64,000 nt of DNA. It comes from Escherichia coli O127:H6 str. E2348/69 (GTDB lineage: Bacteria; Pseudomonadota; Gammaproteobacteria; Enterobacterales; Enterobacteriaceae). The notes under the pieces are model-generated. The model worked only from the letters and a program-made list of their open reading frames with translations, had not been told where the DNA came from and searched no databases. Of the stretch, positions 10,156 to 20,749 are shown piece by piece. The position numbers were made by a program, and so were the translations under genes. The stretch is taken from assembly GCF_000026545.1 (NCBI RefSeq), contig NC_011601.1; one strand, given 5' to 3'. Positions within the stretch are counted from its first letter, which is position 1; each line of letters starts with the position of its first letter.

Positions 10156-10230
10156 TGGCTGGGGTACGAGGATTCGAACCTCGGAATGCCGGAATCAGAA
10201 TCCGGTGCCTTACCGCTTGGCGATACCCCA
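10156..10230 (-). tRNA. glnX: tRNA-Gln (anticodon CUG)
   Basis: The reverse complement is TGGGGTATCGCCAAGCGGTAAGGCACCGGATTCTGATTCCGGCATTCCGAGGTTCGAATCCTCGTACCCCAGCCA. It is 75 nt with an encoded CCA end. Only one CUG copy is present, so the symbol glnX versus glnV is arbitrary. Confidence 0.97.
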
Positions 10231-10278
10231 ACAAATTGGTTTTTGAATTTGCCGAACATATTCGACACATTCAGAATT

Positions 10279-10355
10279 TGGTGGCTACGACGGGATTCGA
10301 ACCTGTGACCCCATCATTATGAGTGATGTGCTCTAACCAACTGAGCTACGTAGCC
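10279..10355 (-). tRNA. metU: tRNA-Met, elongator (anticodon CAU)
   Basis: The reverse complement is GGCTACGTAGCTCAGTTGGTTAGAGCACATCACTCATAATGATGGGGTCACAGGTTCGAATCCCGTCGTAGCCACCA, 77 nt. Confidence 0.97.
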
Positions 10356-10370
10356 AGATTGTTTCTTCGA

Positions 10371-10445
10371 TGGCTGGGGTACCTGGATTCGAACCAGGGA
10401 ATGCCGGTATCAAAAACCGGTGCCTTACCGCTTGGCGATACCCCA
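10371..10445 (-). tRNA. glnW: tRNA-Gln (anticodon UUG)
   Basis: The reverse complement is TGGGGTATCGCCAAGCGGTAAGGCACCGGTTTTTGATACCGGCATTCCCTGGTTCGAATCCAGGTACCCCAGCCA, 75 nt. Confidence 0.97.
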
Positions 10446-10479
10446 ATAACCGGGCGCTGAACCGCTTATTCGAAGAATA

Positions 10480-10554
10480 TGGCTGGGGTACCTGGATTCG
10501 AACCAGGGAATGCCGGTATCAAAAACCGGTGCCTTACCGCTTGGCGATACCCCA
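10480..10554 (-). tRNA. glnU: tRNA-Gln (anticodon UUG), second identical copy
   Basis: Identical 75-nt sequence to 10371..10445. Confidence 0.97.
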
Positions 10555-10577
10555 TCCGTACAACGCTTTCTGGTGAA

Positions 10578-10662
10578 TGGTGCGGGAGGCGAGACTTGAA
10601 CTCGCACACCTTGCGGCGCCAGAACCTAAATCTGGTGCGTCTACCAATTTCGCCACTCCCGC
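10578..10662 (-). tRNA. leuW: tRNA-Leu (anticodon UAG)
   Basis: The reverse complement is GCGGGAGTGGCGAAATTGGTAGACGCACCAGATTTAGGTTCTGGCGCCGCAAGGTGTGCGAGTTCAAGTCTCGCCTCCCGCACCA. It is 85 nt with a long variable arm. Confidence 0.97.
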
Positions 10663-10672
10663 AAAAAAAAGA

Positions 10673-10749
10673 TGGTGGCTACGACGGGATTCGAACCTGT
10701 GACCCCATCATTATGAGTGATGTGCTCTAACCAACTGAGCTACGTAGCC
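10673..10749 (-). tRNA. metT: tRNA-Met, elongator (anticodon CAU)
   Basis: Identical 77-nt sequence to 10279..10355. It is the first gene of the operon. Confidence 0.97.
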
Positions 10750-10789
10750 ATCTTTTTTTTCGCGATACCTTATCGGCGTTGCGGGGCGC

Positions 10790-10818
10790 ATTATGCGTAT
10801 AGAGCCTTGCAGCGTCAA
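10790..10818 (-). promoter_or_regulatory. Sigma70 promoter of the metT tRNA operon with a GC-rich discriminator
   Basis: The minus strand reads TTGACG, a 17-nt spacer, then CATAAT, then GCGCCCCGC. The near-consensus -35, the 17-bp spacing and the GC-rich discriminator are typical of stringently controlled stable-RNA promoters. Confidence 0.55.
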
Positions 10819-11093
10819 CCTCTTTTTCAAGGAAAATTGCTCGAAAGTGACTGTTTGGTTAGGTTGCGAACAGCATGGCGCTATATTCGTCAATTATTGT
10901 TTACTTTGTGTTTTTTCCCCACCCTACAGCCATTCTTTTGTCATACAGGATGAAATTCGGAATTCAACAATAGTGGTGGGAAATTAATCTATGAAATACT
11001 GGCCTACAGTAATGAGTTGTCAAACAGCGATGTGGCAAACCCGGAACATTTCCTTACTGCATATCAGAATCAACAAGCGCCCCAGTAACTGAA

Positions 11094-11119
11094 ATTGCCC
11101 CGGATTTCTCCGGGGCAAT
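11094..11119 (-). terminator. Hairpin terminator after asnB
   Basis: An 11-bp stem ATTGCCCCGGA/TCCGGGGCAAT with loop tttc lies 10 nt after the asnB stop. The T-run on the minus strand is short (TTTCAGTT). Confidence 0.5.
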
Positions 11120-11129
11120 ATTACACGTC

Positions 11130-12794
11130 TTATTTATATGCCGACTGGTGAACGCCAACCGCGCGACCAGACGGATCGTCCATTTTCTTGAACGCTTCAT
11201 CCCACTCAATCGCTTTAGCGGAAGAACAAGCGACGGAAGGACCGCCCGGCACGCACTCAGCGGCGCTCGGAAGCGGGAACAATTCTTCAAAGATCTCCCG
11301 GTACAGATACGCTTCTTTTGAGGTCGGCGTGTTGAACGGGAAGCGGAAGCGGGCAGTTTCCAGCTGTTGATCAGAAACCTGCTGCGCTGCCACTTCTTTC
11401 AGGGTGTCGATCCAACTGTAACCGACGCCATCGGAGAACTGCTCTTTTTGCCGCCAGGCCACGCTTGCAGGCAGATACGCTTCAAAACATTCACGCAGGA
11501 TGTGTTTTTCCATTTTGCCGTTACCGCACATTTTATCCTGTGGGTTAATGCGCATCGCCACATCAAGGAATTTTTTGTCGAGGAACGGAACGCGTGCTTC
11601 CACGCCCCAGGCTGACATCGCTTTGTTGGCACGCGCGCAGTCATACATATGCAGGGCCAGCAGTTTACGCACCGTCTCTTCATGCAACTCTTTAGCGTTC
11701 GGCGCTTTGTGGAAGTATAGATAACCGCCAAACACTTCGTCAGAACCTTCACCGGACAGCACCATTTTAATGCCCATCGCCTTGATCTTACGCGACATTA
11801 AATACATCGGTGTTGAAGCGCGAATAGTGGTCACATCATAAGTTTCGATGTGGTAAATCACGTCGCGGATGGCATCCAGACCTTCCTGTACAGTGAAGTG
11901 AATTTCGTGATGCACCGTGCCAAGATGGTTTGCCACTTCCTGGGCGGCTTTCAGATCCGGTGAACCCGGCAGACCTACAGCAAAAGAGTGCAACTGCGGC
12001 CACCAGGCTTCAGAGCGTTCCTGATCTTCCACGCGACGGGCGGCGTATTTCTTGGTGATAGCGGAAATAATTGAGGAATCCAGACCACCAGAAAGCAGCA
12101 CACCGTAAGGCACATCAGACATCAGATGGCTTTTAACGGAATCTTCCAGTGCCTGACGCAGCTCGTTTTTGTCGGTCACGTTATCTTTCACCGCATCGTA
12201 GTCGAACCAGTCGCGATGATAATAAGAACGGATTTCGCCGTCCTGACTCCACAAATAGCTCCCCGCCGGAAACTCTTTAATCGTGCGGCAAACTGGCACG
12301 AGGGCTTTCATTTCTGAGGCCACATACAGCTGACCGTGTTCGTCATAGCCCATATACAGTGGGATGATCCCCAGATGGTCGCGACCAATCAGATATGCAT
12401 CTTTTTCGCTGTCGTACAGGGCAAAGGCAAACATGCCCTGCAAGTCGTCGAGAAATTCCGGCCCTTTTTCCTGATACAGCGCGAGGATCACTTCACAGTC
12501 AGACCCGGTCTGGAACTGGTAACGATCGCCATATTCAGCGCGCAATGCCTGGTGGTTGTAGATTTCACCGTTTACTGCCAGCACATGAGTTTTTTGTTGG
12601 TTGTAGAGAGGTTGCGCCCCCGCGTTAACGTCAACAATTGACAGACGTTCGTGGGCGAGGATGGCGTTATCGCTGGCATAAATACCGGACCAGTCCGGGC
12701 CACGATGACGCATCAGGCGTGACAGCTCGAGTGCTTTCTTACGCAGCTCAACTGCGTCTGTTTTGATATCGAATACGCCAAAAATTGAACACAT
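11130..12794 (-). CDS. asnB: Asparagine synthetase B (glutamine-hydrolysing)
   Basis: The track ORF 11130..12875 is trimmed to the ATG at 12794, giving the 554-aa MCSIFGVFDIKTD protein. The N-terminal Cys nucleophile follows Met. Recognised as AsnB. Confidence 0.95.
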   Translation of the reverse strand: MCSIFGVFDIKTDAVELRKKALELSRLMRHRGPDWSGIYASDNAILAHERLSIVDVNAGAQPLYNQQKTHVLAVNGEIYNHQALRAEYGDRYQFQTGSDCEVILALYQEKGPEFLDDLQGMFAFALYDSEKDAYLIGRDHLGIIPLYMGYDEHGQLYVASEMKALVPVCRTIKEFPAGSYLWSQDGEIRSYYHRDWFDYDAVKDNVTDKNELRQALEDSVKSHLMSDVPYGVLLSGGLDSSIISAITKKYAARRVEDQERSEAWWPQLHSFAVGLPGSPDLKAAQEVANHLGTVHHEIHFTVQEGLDAIRDVIYHIETYDVTTIRASTPMYLMSRKIKAMGIKMVLSGEGSDEVFGGYLYFHKAPNAKELHEETVRKLLALHMYDCARANKAMSAWGVEARVPFLDKKFLDVAMRINPQDKMCGNGKMEKHILRECFEAYLPASVAWRQKEQFSDGVGYSWIDTLKEVAAQQVSDQQLETARFRFPFNTPTSKEAYLYREIFEELFPLPSAAECVPGGPSVACSSAKAIEWDEAFKKMDDPSGRAVGVHQSAYK

Positions 12795-13011
12795 AACCTT
12801 CTCCGTTAACCTGGTATTTGTTGCTTGTTGTGTTTGCTTGTTTAAAAAAATGCCGCAAAGCAGCACTGTGCGCAAGCGATTTGGCGGTGGAAAAATAAAA
12901 AACGTAATGGCGATTGCTGATTTGTAAAAAAGGATAGGGTATGGTGGCGTATTTATTGATGGATCGATAATTTTTGACGGGTTTTATTGAATAGGGTGAT
13001 TTTAATGATGG

Positions 13012-13045
13012 GTAAAAATAAGAAACCACGCCTTGAGGCGTGGTT
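13012..13045 (-). terminator. Intrinsic terminator after nagD
   Basis: Stem AACCACGCC/GGCGTGGTT with loop TTGA. The minus strand continues TCTTATTTTT. Confidence 0.6.
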
Positions 13046-13050
13046 GCTAT

Positions 13051-13803
13051 TCAGATAACGTCGATTTCAGCGACCGATGGGTAAATCCAACTTGGGCGGA
13101 ACGGCATACTGTCGATATCGTCGAGCGACGAAACACCAGAAAGCACCAGAATCGTCTCCAGACCGGCCTGGAAGCCCGCCAGAATATCGGTACGCAAGTT
13201 ATCGCCGACAATCACCGTTTCTTCCGAATGCGCCTGCATTTTGTTTAATGCCGCGCGGATGATCCACGGACTCGGCTTTCCAACATAGAACGGTTTGCGC
13301 CCGGAGATTTTCTCGATCCCTGCACACAACGCGCCACAGGCGGGATAAAAACCGCGCCCGTGGGTGTCCGGGTTGGTGGCGATAAAACGTGCACCGTTAG
13401 CGACGAAATAGGCTGCTTTATGCATCATGTCCCAGTTGTAGGAACGCGTTTCGCCAACAATCACAAAATCAGGGTTCACATCGGTAATAGTGAAACCGGC
13501 TTTGTACAGTTCATGAATCAGTGCGCCTTCGCCCACCACATACGCTTTCTTGCCTTCCTGGCGACGCAGGAAATCGGCGGTCGCCATCGCGGAGGTATAA
13601 AACACGCTATCCGGTACATCGACACCAGCAGTGGCAAAGCGGTTCGCCAGATCTTGCCCGGTCTGCGAAGGATAGTTGGTCAGCAACACCAGCGGCAGGC
13701 CTTTATCCATAATCCCGTGCAAAAATTCCGCTGCACCCGGTACGGCGACGTTATCGTGCATCAGCACGCCGTCGATATCGCAAATTACATTTTTAATGGT
13801 CAT
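13051..13803 (-). CDS. nagD: HAD-superfamily UMP phosphatase NagD (UmpH)
   Basis: 250-aa ORF MTIKNVICDIDGVLMHDN with the DxDG HAD motif. It is the last gene of the nagBACD operon. Confidence 0.95.
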   Translation of the reverse strand: MTIKNVICDIDGVLMHDNVAVPGAAEFLHGIMDKGLPLVLLTNYPSQTGQDLANRFATAGVDVPDSVFYTSAMATADFLRRQEGKKAYVVGEGALIHELYKAGFTITDVNPDFVIVGETRSYNWDMMHKAAYFVANGARFIATNPDTHGRGFYPACGALCAGIEKISGRKPFYVGKPSPWIIRAALNKMQAHSEETVIVGDNLRTDILAGFQAGLETILVLSGVSSLDDIDSMPFRPSWIYPSVAEIDVI

Positions 13804-13850
13804 GGACTACCCAGAATATTGACAACAATAAGCGCCACTATAAAAGCACA

Positions 13851-15071
13851 TTAATTTTCCAGCAAATGCTGGAGCAAAATACCGTTGAGCATGGCGCGTT
13901 TTACCAGCGCAAAAGCGCCGATTGCCGAGCGGTGATCCAACTCAGAACGTACCACCGGTAGATTAGTACGAAACGCCTTCAGCGCCTGGGTATTAATGCA
14001 GCTTTCAATAGCAGGGAGCAGCACTTTATCGGCTTCGGTGATTTCTCCAGCAATAACAATTTTTTGCGGATTAAATAAGTTGATAGCAATGGCGATGGTT
14101 TTACCCAGATGACGACCGACATATTCAATCACTTCCGAGGCCAGGCTATCGCCTTTGTTCGCGGCTTTGCAGATAGTTTTGATGGTGCAGTCGTCCAGTG
14201 GCACACGGCTCTGGTAGCCCTGCTTTAACAGATTCAACACCCGTTGTTCAATGGCAGCATTGGCGGCGATAGTTTCCAGGCAGCCAAAGTTGCCGCAGTG
14301 GCAGCGTTCACCCAGCGGTTCGACCTGAATATGGCCAATTTCACCGACGTTGCCGTTGCGCCCGATAAAAATTCGCCCGTTAGAGATAATCCCGGCCCCG
14401 GTTCCGCGATGGACACGCACCAGAATGGAGTCTTCGCAATCCTGACTTGCACCGAAGTAGTGCTCTGCCAGCGCCAGACTGCGGATATCGTGGCCGACAA
14501 AACAGGTCACTTTAAAACGCTCTTCCAGTGCTTCAACCAGCCCCCAGTTTTCTACCTGAATATGCGGCATGTAATGAATTTTGCCGCTGTCCGGGTCTAC
14601 AAGCCCTGGCAGGATCACCGAAATCGCGATCAGCTCGCGTAGCTTGCGCTGGTAGCTATCAATAAACTGAGCAATGGCATTCAGCAGGGCATGTTCCAGC
14701 GTCTGCTGGGTACGTTCCGGCAGCGGGTAATGTTCTTCTGCCAGCACTTTGCTGCTGAGATCAAACAAGGTGATGGTGGCGTCGTGACGACCAAGCCGTA
14801 CGCCGATTGCGTGGAAATTGCGGGTTTCGGTGACGATGGAGATAGCGCGGCGGCCCCCGGTGGAGGCCTGCTGATCAACTTCTTTGATCAGCCCGCGTTC
14901 GATAAGCTGACGCGTAATTTTGGTTACGCTGGCGGGGGCAAGCTGACTTTGCTCGGCAATCTGAATCCGCGAGATTGGCCCGTACTGGTCAATCAGGCGA
15001 TAAACTGCCGCGCTGTTAAGCTGTTTTACGAGATCAACATTACCTATCTGAGCTTGTCCGCCTGGTGTCAT
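13851..15071 (-). CDS. nagC: ROK-family transcriptional repressor NagC
   Basis: 406-aa ORF with an N-terminal wHTH domain and a ROK domain carrying the CxCGxxGC zinc motif (CHCGNFGC). Recognised as NagC. Confidence 0.95.
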   Translation of the reverse strand: MTPGGQAQIGNVDLVKQLNSAAVYRLIDQYGPISRIQIAEQSQLAPASVTKITRQLIERGLIKEVDQQASTGGRRAISIVTETRNFHAIGVRLGRHDATITLFDLSSKVLAEEHYPLPERTQQTLEHALLNAIAQFIDSYQRKLRELIAISVILPGLVDPDSGKIHYMPHIQVENWGLVEALEERFKVTCFVGHDIRSLALAEHYFGASQDCEDSILVRVHRGTGAGIISNGRIFIGRNGNVGEIGHIQVEPLGERCHCGNFGCLETIAANAAIEQRVLNLLKQGYQSRVPLDDCTIKTICKAANKGDSLASEVIEYVGRHLGKTIAIAINLFNPQKIVIAGEITEADKVLLPAIESCINTQALKAFRTNLPVVRSELDHRSAIGAFALVKRAMLNGILLQHLLEN

Positions 15072-15079
15072 ACTTTCTC

Positions 15080-17088
<2,009 letters not shown>

Positions 17089-17180
17089 TATTCACCTCAA
17101 TAAGTAAAATGTAAGCCGTTGGCGGATTAGGCATCTTTAAGCGTAACCTGGATTTGCGCAGACAGGCGTCAATCCGACCT

Positions 17181-17203
17181 GATTTTTTGAATGATAAAAT
17201 AAG
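17181..17203. promoter_or_regulatory. Candidate NagC operator, nagB-proximal
   Basis: AT-rich 23-mer gattttttgaatgataaaataag in the divergent nagB-nagE control region. NagC is known to bind two operators here and loop the DNA. The assignment rests on position and on similarity to the second box. Confidence 0.45.
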
Positions 17204-17244
17204 TTTTCTGGTTTAGCCAGTAAAAGGGAGTGATGATAACGATA

Positions 17245-17266
17245 TTTGGTGACAAAACTCACAAAA
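17245..17266. promoter_or_regulatory. CRP binding site between the nagB and nagE promoters
   Basis: tttGGTGAcaaaacTCACAaaa matches TGTGA-N6-TCACA at 9 of 10 core positions. Confidence 0.65.
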
Positions 17267-17275
17267 GACACGCGT

Positions 17276-17298
17276 TTAATTTGCGATACGAATTAAAT
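17276..17298. promoter_or_regulatory. Candidate NagC operator, nagE-proximal
   Basis: Near-palindrome TTTAATTTGCGATACGAATTAAA. Its centre is about 95 bp from the centre of the 17181..17203 box, with the CRP site between them. Confidence 0.55.
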
Positions 17299-17420
17299 TT
17301 TCACACACTCTGTAGCAGATGATCTAACAATCTGATTACAGAACATCGGCAGTACAATTTGCAGCAAAATAAAAATACGGCTTTAAACGAGCCAAATAGG
17401 GTTCTCGTAGGGGGAATAAG

Positions 17421-19367
17421 ATGAATATTTTAGGTTTTTTCCAGCGACTCGGTAGGGCGTTACAGCTCCCTATCGCGGTGCTGCCGGTGGCGGCGCTGTT
17501 GCTGCGATTCGGTCAGCCAGATTTACTTAACGTTGCGTTTATTGCCCAGGCGGGCGGTGCGATTTTTGATAACCTCGCATTAATCTTCGCCATCGGCGTG
17601 GCATCCAGCTGGTCGAAAGACAGCGCAGGTGCGGCGGCACTGGCGGGTGCGGTAGGTTACTTTGTGTTAACCAAAGCGATGGTGACCATCAACCCAGAAA
17701 TTAACATGGGTGTACTGGCGGGTATCATTACCGGTCTGGTTGGTGGCGCAGCCTATAACCGTTGGTCCGATATTAAACTGCCGGACTTCCTGAGCTTCTT
17801 CGGCGGCAAACGCTTTGTGCCGATCGCCACCGGCTTCTTCTGTCTGGTGCTGGCGGCCATTTTTGGTTACGTCTGGCCACCGGTACAGCACGCTATCCAT
17901 GCAGGCGGCGAGTGGATCGTTTCTGCGGGCGCGCTGGGTTCCGGTATCTTTGGTTTCATCAACCGTCTGCTGATCCCAACCGGTCTGCATCAGGTGCTGA
18001 ACACCATCGCCTGGTTCCAGATTGGTGAATTCACCAACGCGGCGGGAACGGTTTTCCACGGTGATATCAACCGCTTCTATGCCGGTGACGGCACCGCGGG
18101 GATGTTCATGTCCGGCTTCTTCCCGATTATGATGTTCGGTCTGCCGGGTGCGGCGCTGGCGATGTACTTCGCAGCACCGAAAGAGCGTCGTCCGATGGTT
18201 GGCGGTATGCTGCTTTCTGTTGCTGTTACTGCGTTCCTGACCGGTGTGACTGAGCCGCTGGAATTCCTGTTCATGTTCCTTGCGCCGCTGCTGTACCTCC
18301 TGCACGCACTGCTGACCGGTATCAGCCTGTTTGTGGCAACGCTGCTGGGTATCCATGCCGGCTTCTCTTTCTCTGCGGGGGCTATCGACTACGCGTTGAT
18401 GTATAACCTGCCGGCCGCCAGCCAGAACGTCTGGATGCTGCTGGTGATGGGTGTTGTCTTCTTCGCTATCTACTTCGTGGTGTTCAGTTTGGTTATCCGC
18501 ATGTTCAACCTGAAAACGCCGGGTCGTGAAGATAAAGAAGACGAGATCGTTACTGAAGAGGCTAACAGCAATACTGAAGAAGGTCTCAATCAACTGGCAA
18601 CCAACTATATTGCTGCGGTTGGCGGTACTGACAACCTGAAAGCCATTGACGCCTGTATTACTCGTCTGCGCCTTACCGTGGTTGACTCAGCTCGCGTCAA
18701 CGATGCGATGTGTAAACGTCTGGGTGCTTCTGGGGTAGTGAAACTGAACAAACAGACTATTCAGGTGATTGTTGGCGCGAAAGCAGAATCCATCGGCGAT
18801 GCGATGAAGAAAGTCGTTGCCCGTGGTCCGGTAGCCGCTGCGTCAGCTGAAGCAACTCCGGCAACTGCCGCGCCTGTAGCAAAACCGCAGGCTGTACCAA
18901 ACGCGGTATCTATCGCGGAGCTGGTATCGCCGATTACCGGGGATGTTGTGGCACTGGATCAGGTTCCTGACGAGGCATTCGCCAGCAAAGCGGTGGGTGA
19001 CGGTGTGGCGGTGAAACCGACGGATAAAATCGTCGTATCACCAGCCGCAGGGACAATCGTGAAAATCTTCAACACCAACCACGCGTTCTGCCTGGAAACC
19101 GAAAAAGGCGCGGAGATCGTCGTCCATATGGGTATCGACACTGTAGCGCTGGAAGGTAAAGGCTTTAAACGTCTGGTGGAAGAGGGCGCGCAGGTAAGCG
19201 CAGGGCAACCGATTCTGGAAATGGATCTGGATTACCTGAACGCTAACGCCCGTTCGATGATTAGCCCGGTGGTTTGCAGCAATATCGACGATTTCAGTGG
19301 CTTGATCATTAAAGCTCAGGGCCATGTTGTGGCGGGTCAAACACCGCTGTATGAAATCAAAAAGTAA
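17421..19367 (+). CDS. nagE: PTS N-acetylglucosamine-specific EIICBA component
   Basis: 648-aa ORF MNILGFFQRLGRALQLPIAVLPVAALLLRFGQPDLL with EIIC, EIIB (CITRLR) and EIIA domains. Recognised as NagE. Confidence 0.95.
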   Translation: MNILGFFQRLGRALQLPIAVLPVAALLLRFGQPDLLNVAFIAQAGGAIFDNLALIFAIGVASSWSKDSAGAAALAGAVGYFVLTKAMVTINPEINMGVLAGIITGLVGGAAYNRWSDIKLPDFLSFFGGKRFVPIATGFFCLVLAAIFGYVWPPVQHAIHAGGEWIVSAGALGSGIFGFINRLLIPTGLHQVLNTIAWFQIGEFTNAAGTVFHGDINRFYAGDGTAGMFMSGFFPIMMFGLPGAALAMYFAAPKERRPMVGGMLLSVAVTAFLTGVTEPLEFLFMFLAPLLYLLHALLTGISLFVATLLGIHAGFSFSAGAIDYALMYNLPAASQNVWMLLVMGVVFFAIYFVVFSLVIRMFNLKTPGREDKEDEIVTEEANSNTEEGLNQLATNYIAAVGGTDNLKAIDACITRLRLTVVDSARVNDAMCKRLGASGVVKLNKQTIQVIVGAKAESIGDAMKKVVARGPVAAASAEATPATAAPVAKPQAVPNAVSIAELVSPITGDVVALDQVPDEAFASKAVGDGVAVKPTDKIVVSPAAGTIVKIFNTNHAFCLETEKGAEIVVHMGIDTVALEGKGFKRLVEEGAQVSAGQPILEMDLDYLNANARSMISPVVCSNIDDFSGLIIKAQGHVVAGQTPLYEIKK

Positions 19368-19377
19368 TCTGCTTTAT

Positions 19378-19406
19378 GCCTGATGCGACGCGGCAGCGTC
19401 GCATCC
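19378..19406. repeat. REP-like palindromic unit after nagE
   Basis: gcctgatgcgacgcggcagcgtcgcatcc, with inverted repeat GATGCGACGC/GCGTCGCATC. Confidence 0.5.
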
Positions 19407-19412
19407 AACAAT

Positions 19413-19447
19413 AAAAAGCGGCAGGGATATTCTCTGCCGCTTTTTTT
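19413..19447. terminator. Bidirectional intrinsic terminator shared by nagE (+) and the island permease gene (-)
   Basis: aaaaaGCGGCAGggatattctCTGCCGCttttttt. A 7-bp GC stem has an A-run on the left and a 7-T run on the right. The permease stop is 9 nt further on. Confidence 0.75.
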
Positions 19448-19455
19448 GTCTGAGA

Positions 19456-20736
19456 TTACATTGGGAAGATAAAAACAGCGCCTGCACAAAGCGCCAGAAT
19501 GCGGATGAGATACATTGGTACAGAGAACACCCAGAATTCGGGAAGTTTGTATTTCCCCATTCCGAGGATCATGGCTGGCATTCCGTCAATAGGCATATAG
19601 CCGCCGTTCCAGCCTGAAATCACCACCGCAATCGCTGCAGCGGTCGGGTTAAGCCCAAGGCTGGTACAGGCGGCAATGGCGATGGGGGCAAAAATATAAA
19701 CAGACCCCATATTCGAACCCGTGAAGGTGGCGCAGGTACTGGTAAGCAAAGCAAAGGCGACAATAAATACAAATGGTGAGACGCCAGAACCGAGCACACC
19801 TGCAACGGCATCGCCAACCATCGCCGTAAAGCCGGTGCCCGCCAGTGCATCAGCTACACCGATCACCCCCGCCATCATTAAAATGACCGGCGCTCCCATA
19901 TGATCGCGAACTTCTTTAAAGTCCAGTACATCGATCATCAGAACAAACGCACCCGCAAGACCCGGAATAACGAAGGCGATATTTCCCAGAATGTTCATTA
20001 GCATCATGCCGATAACGCTGACAGCGAATGCGGCAATAGTGCAATATTCTTTCCAGGCAGGAAGGGCGTTAAACGTTTCCTCGCGTGCCGCCAGCGCATC
20101 CTCGGAAGCATCCGCAATGGGATGATCCGGAAGAAAACGGTAGGCAATAAGACTCCATGCGAGGAACGCCGCTGACATGATGAGATTCACCAGCGCAAAG
20201 CGCCCCATCGAAATCTCCTGATGAAAACCCGCGGTTTCGAGTACGGTCGCCGTAACGCCAAAGAGAAGCGCGAGATTGATAGGAAGAAGCGGGTGGTTGG
20301 TGGCAAATCCCAGGGGCATCATTAATTTCGATGTTGGTAGCTTTTTACTGTACGGAATGGTGGATACCAGCGACAGAATCAGCACGTAATAACCGGTCGC
20401 GCCGGTGCCTGCAAGACTGGCACCCAGCATAACAATGACTAACAACAGCCCGTAGCTGCGGTAACTGCCTTTATTGACCAGGCTTATCATCGCAGATTTA
20501 ACGTTGCTGATAAGCCGGGTTTTTTGTAGCGCTGCCATGACCACCATAAACCCTGCAATCATCACCACGCTTGGATTGACGAATCCGGCAAAAGCCTGTT
20601 GAACGGTCGAAAGTCCCGAGACAACCAGCAATAAACACGCAAGCAGTGGCGGTGCGCCAAATGGCATTTTGTCCGACATGATCAGCACGATCATCAGGAC
20701 CAGTATTCCTAATGCCAGGATCATTTCCATTGTCAT
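19456..20736 (-). CDS. Ion-transporter (IT) superfamily anion permease (ArsB/NhaD/SLC13-like), last gene of the island's leftward operon
   Basis: The track ORF 19456..20982 is trimmed to the ATG at 20736 (MTMEMILALGILVLMIVLIMSDK), which is preceded by AAAGGAGAGA. The extension would overlap the upstream gene. The 426-aa protein is hydrophobic throughout, with a central hydrophilic loop (PDHPIADASEDALAAREETFNALPAWKE) separating two halves. That layout is typical of IT-superfamily carboxylate/anion carriers. Family assignment is by composition and pattern only. Confidence 0.7.
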   Translation of the reverse strand: MTMEMILALGILVLMIVLIMSDKMPFGAPPLLACLLLVVSGLSTVQQAFAGFVNPSVVMIAGFMVVMAALQKTRLISNVKSAMISLVNKGSYRSYGLLLVIVMLGASLAGTGATGYYVLILSLVSTIPYSKKLPTSKLMMPLGFATNHPLLPINLALLFGVTATVLETAGFHQEISMGRFALVNLIMSAAFLAWSLIAYRFLPDHPIADASEDALAAREETFNALPAWKEYCTIAAFAVSVIGMMLMNILGNIAFVIPGLAGAFVLMIDVLDFKEVRDHMGAPVILMMAGVIGVADALAGTGFTAMVGDAVAGVLGSGVSPFVFIVAFALLTSTCATFTGSNMGSVYIFAPIAIAACTSLGLNPTAAAIAVVISGWNGGYMPIDGMPAMILGMGKYKLPEFWVFSVPMYLIRILALCAGAVFIFPM

Positions 20737-20749
20737 TTTTTCTCTCCTT

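Noticed and set aside
10105-10953. Several 60-87-aa ORFs in the track across 10005..10953
   Set aside because: They are translations through the six tRNA genes and their spacers and promoter, on both strands. They are not protein-coding.
10990-11088. 32-codon ORF MKYWPTVMSCQTAMWQTPEHFLTAYQNQQAPQ between the tRNA promoter and the asnB terminator
   Set aside because: It has only a weak purine stretch instead of a Shine-Dalgarno, and no hydrophobic or other recognisable small-protein pattern. I have no comparative evidence, so it is not reported as a gene.
17667-18593. 308-aa minus-strand ORF inside nagE
   Set aside because: It is an antisense shadow of NagE EIIC. Its composition is Arg/His/Gln-rich and nonsensical, and it has no independent support.
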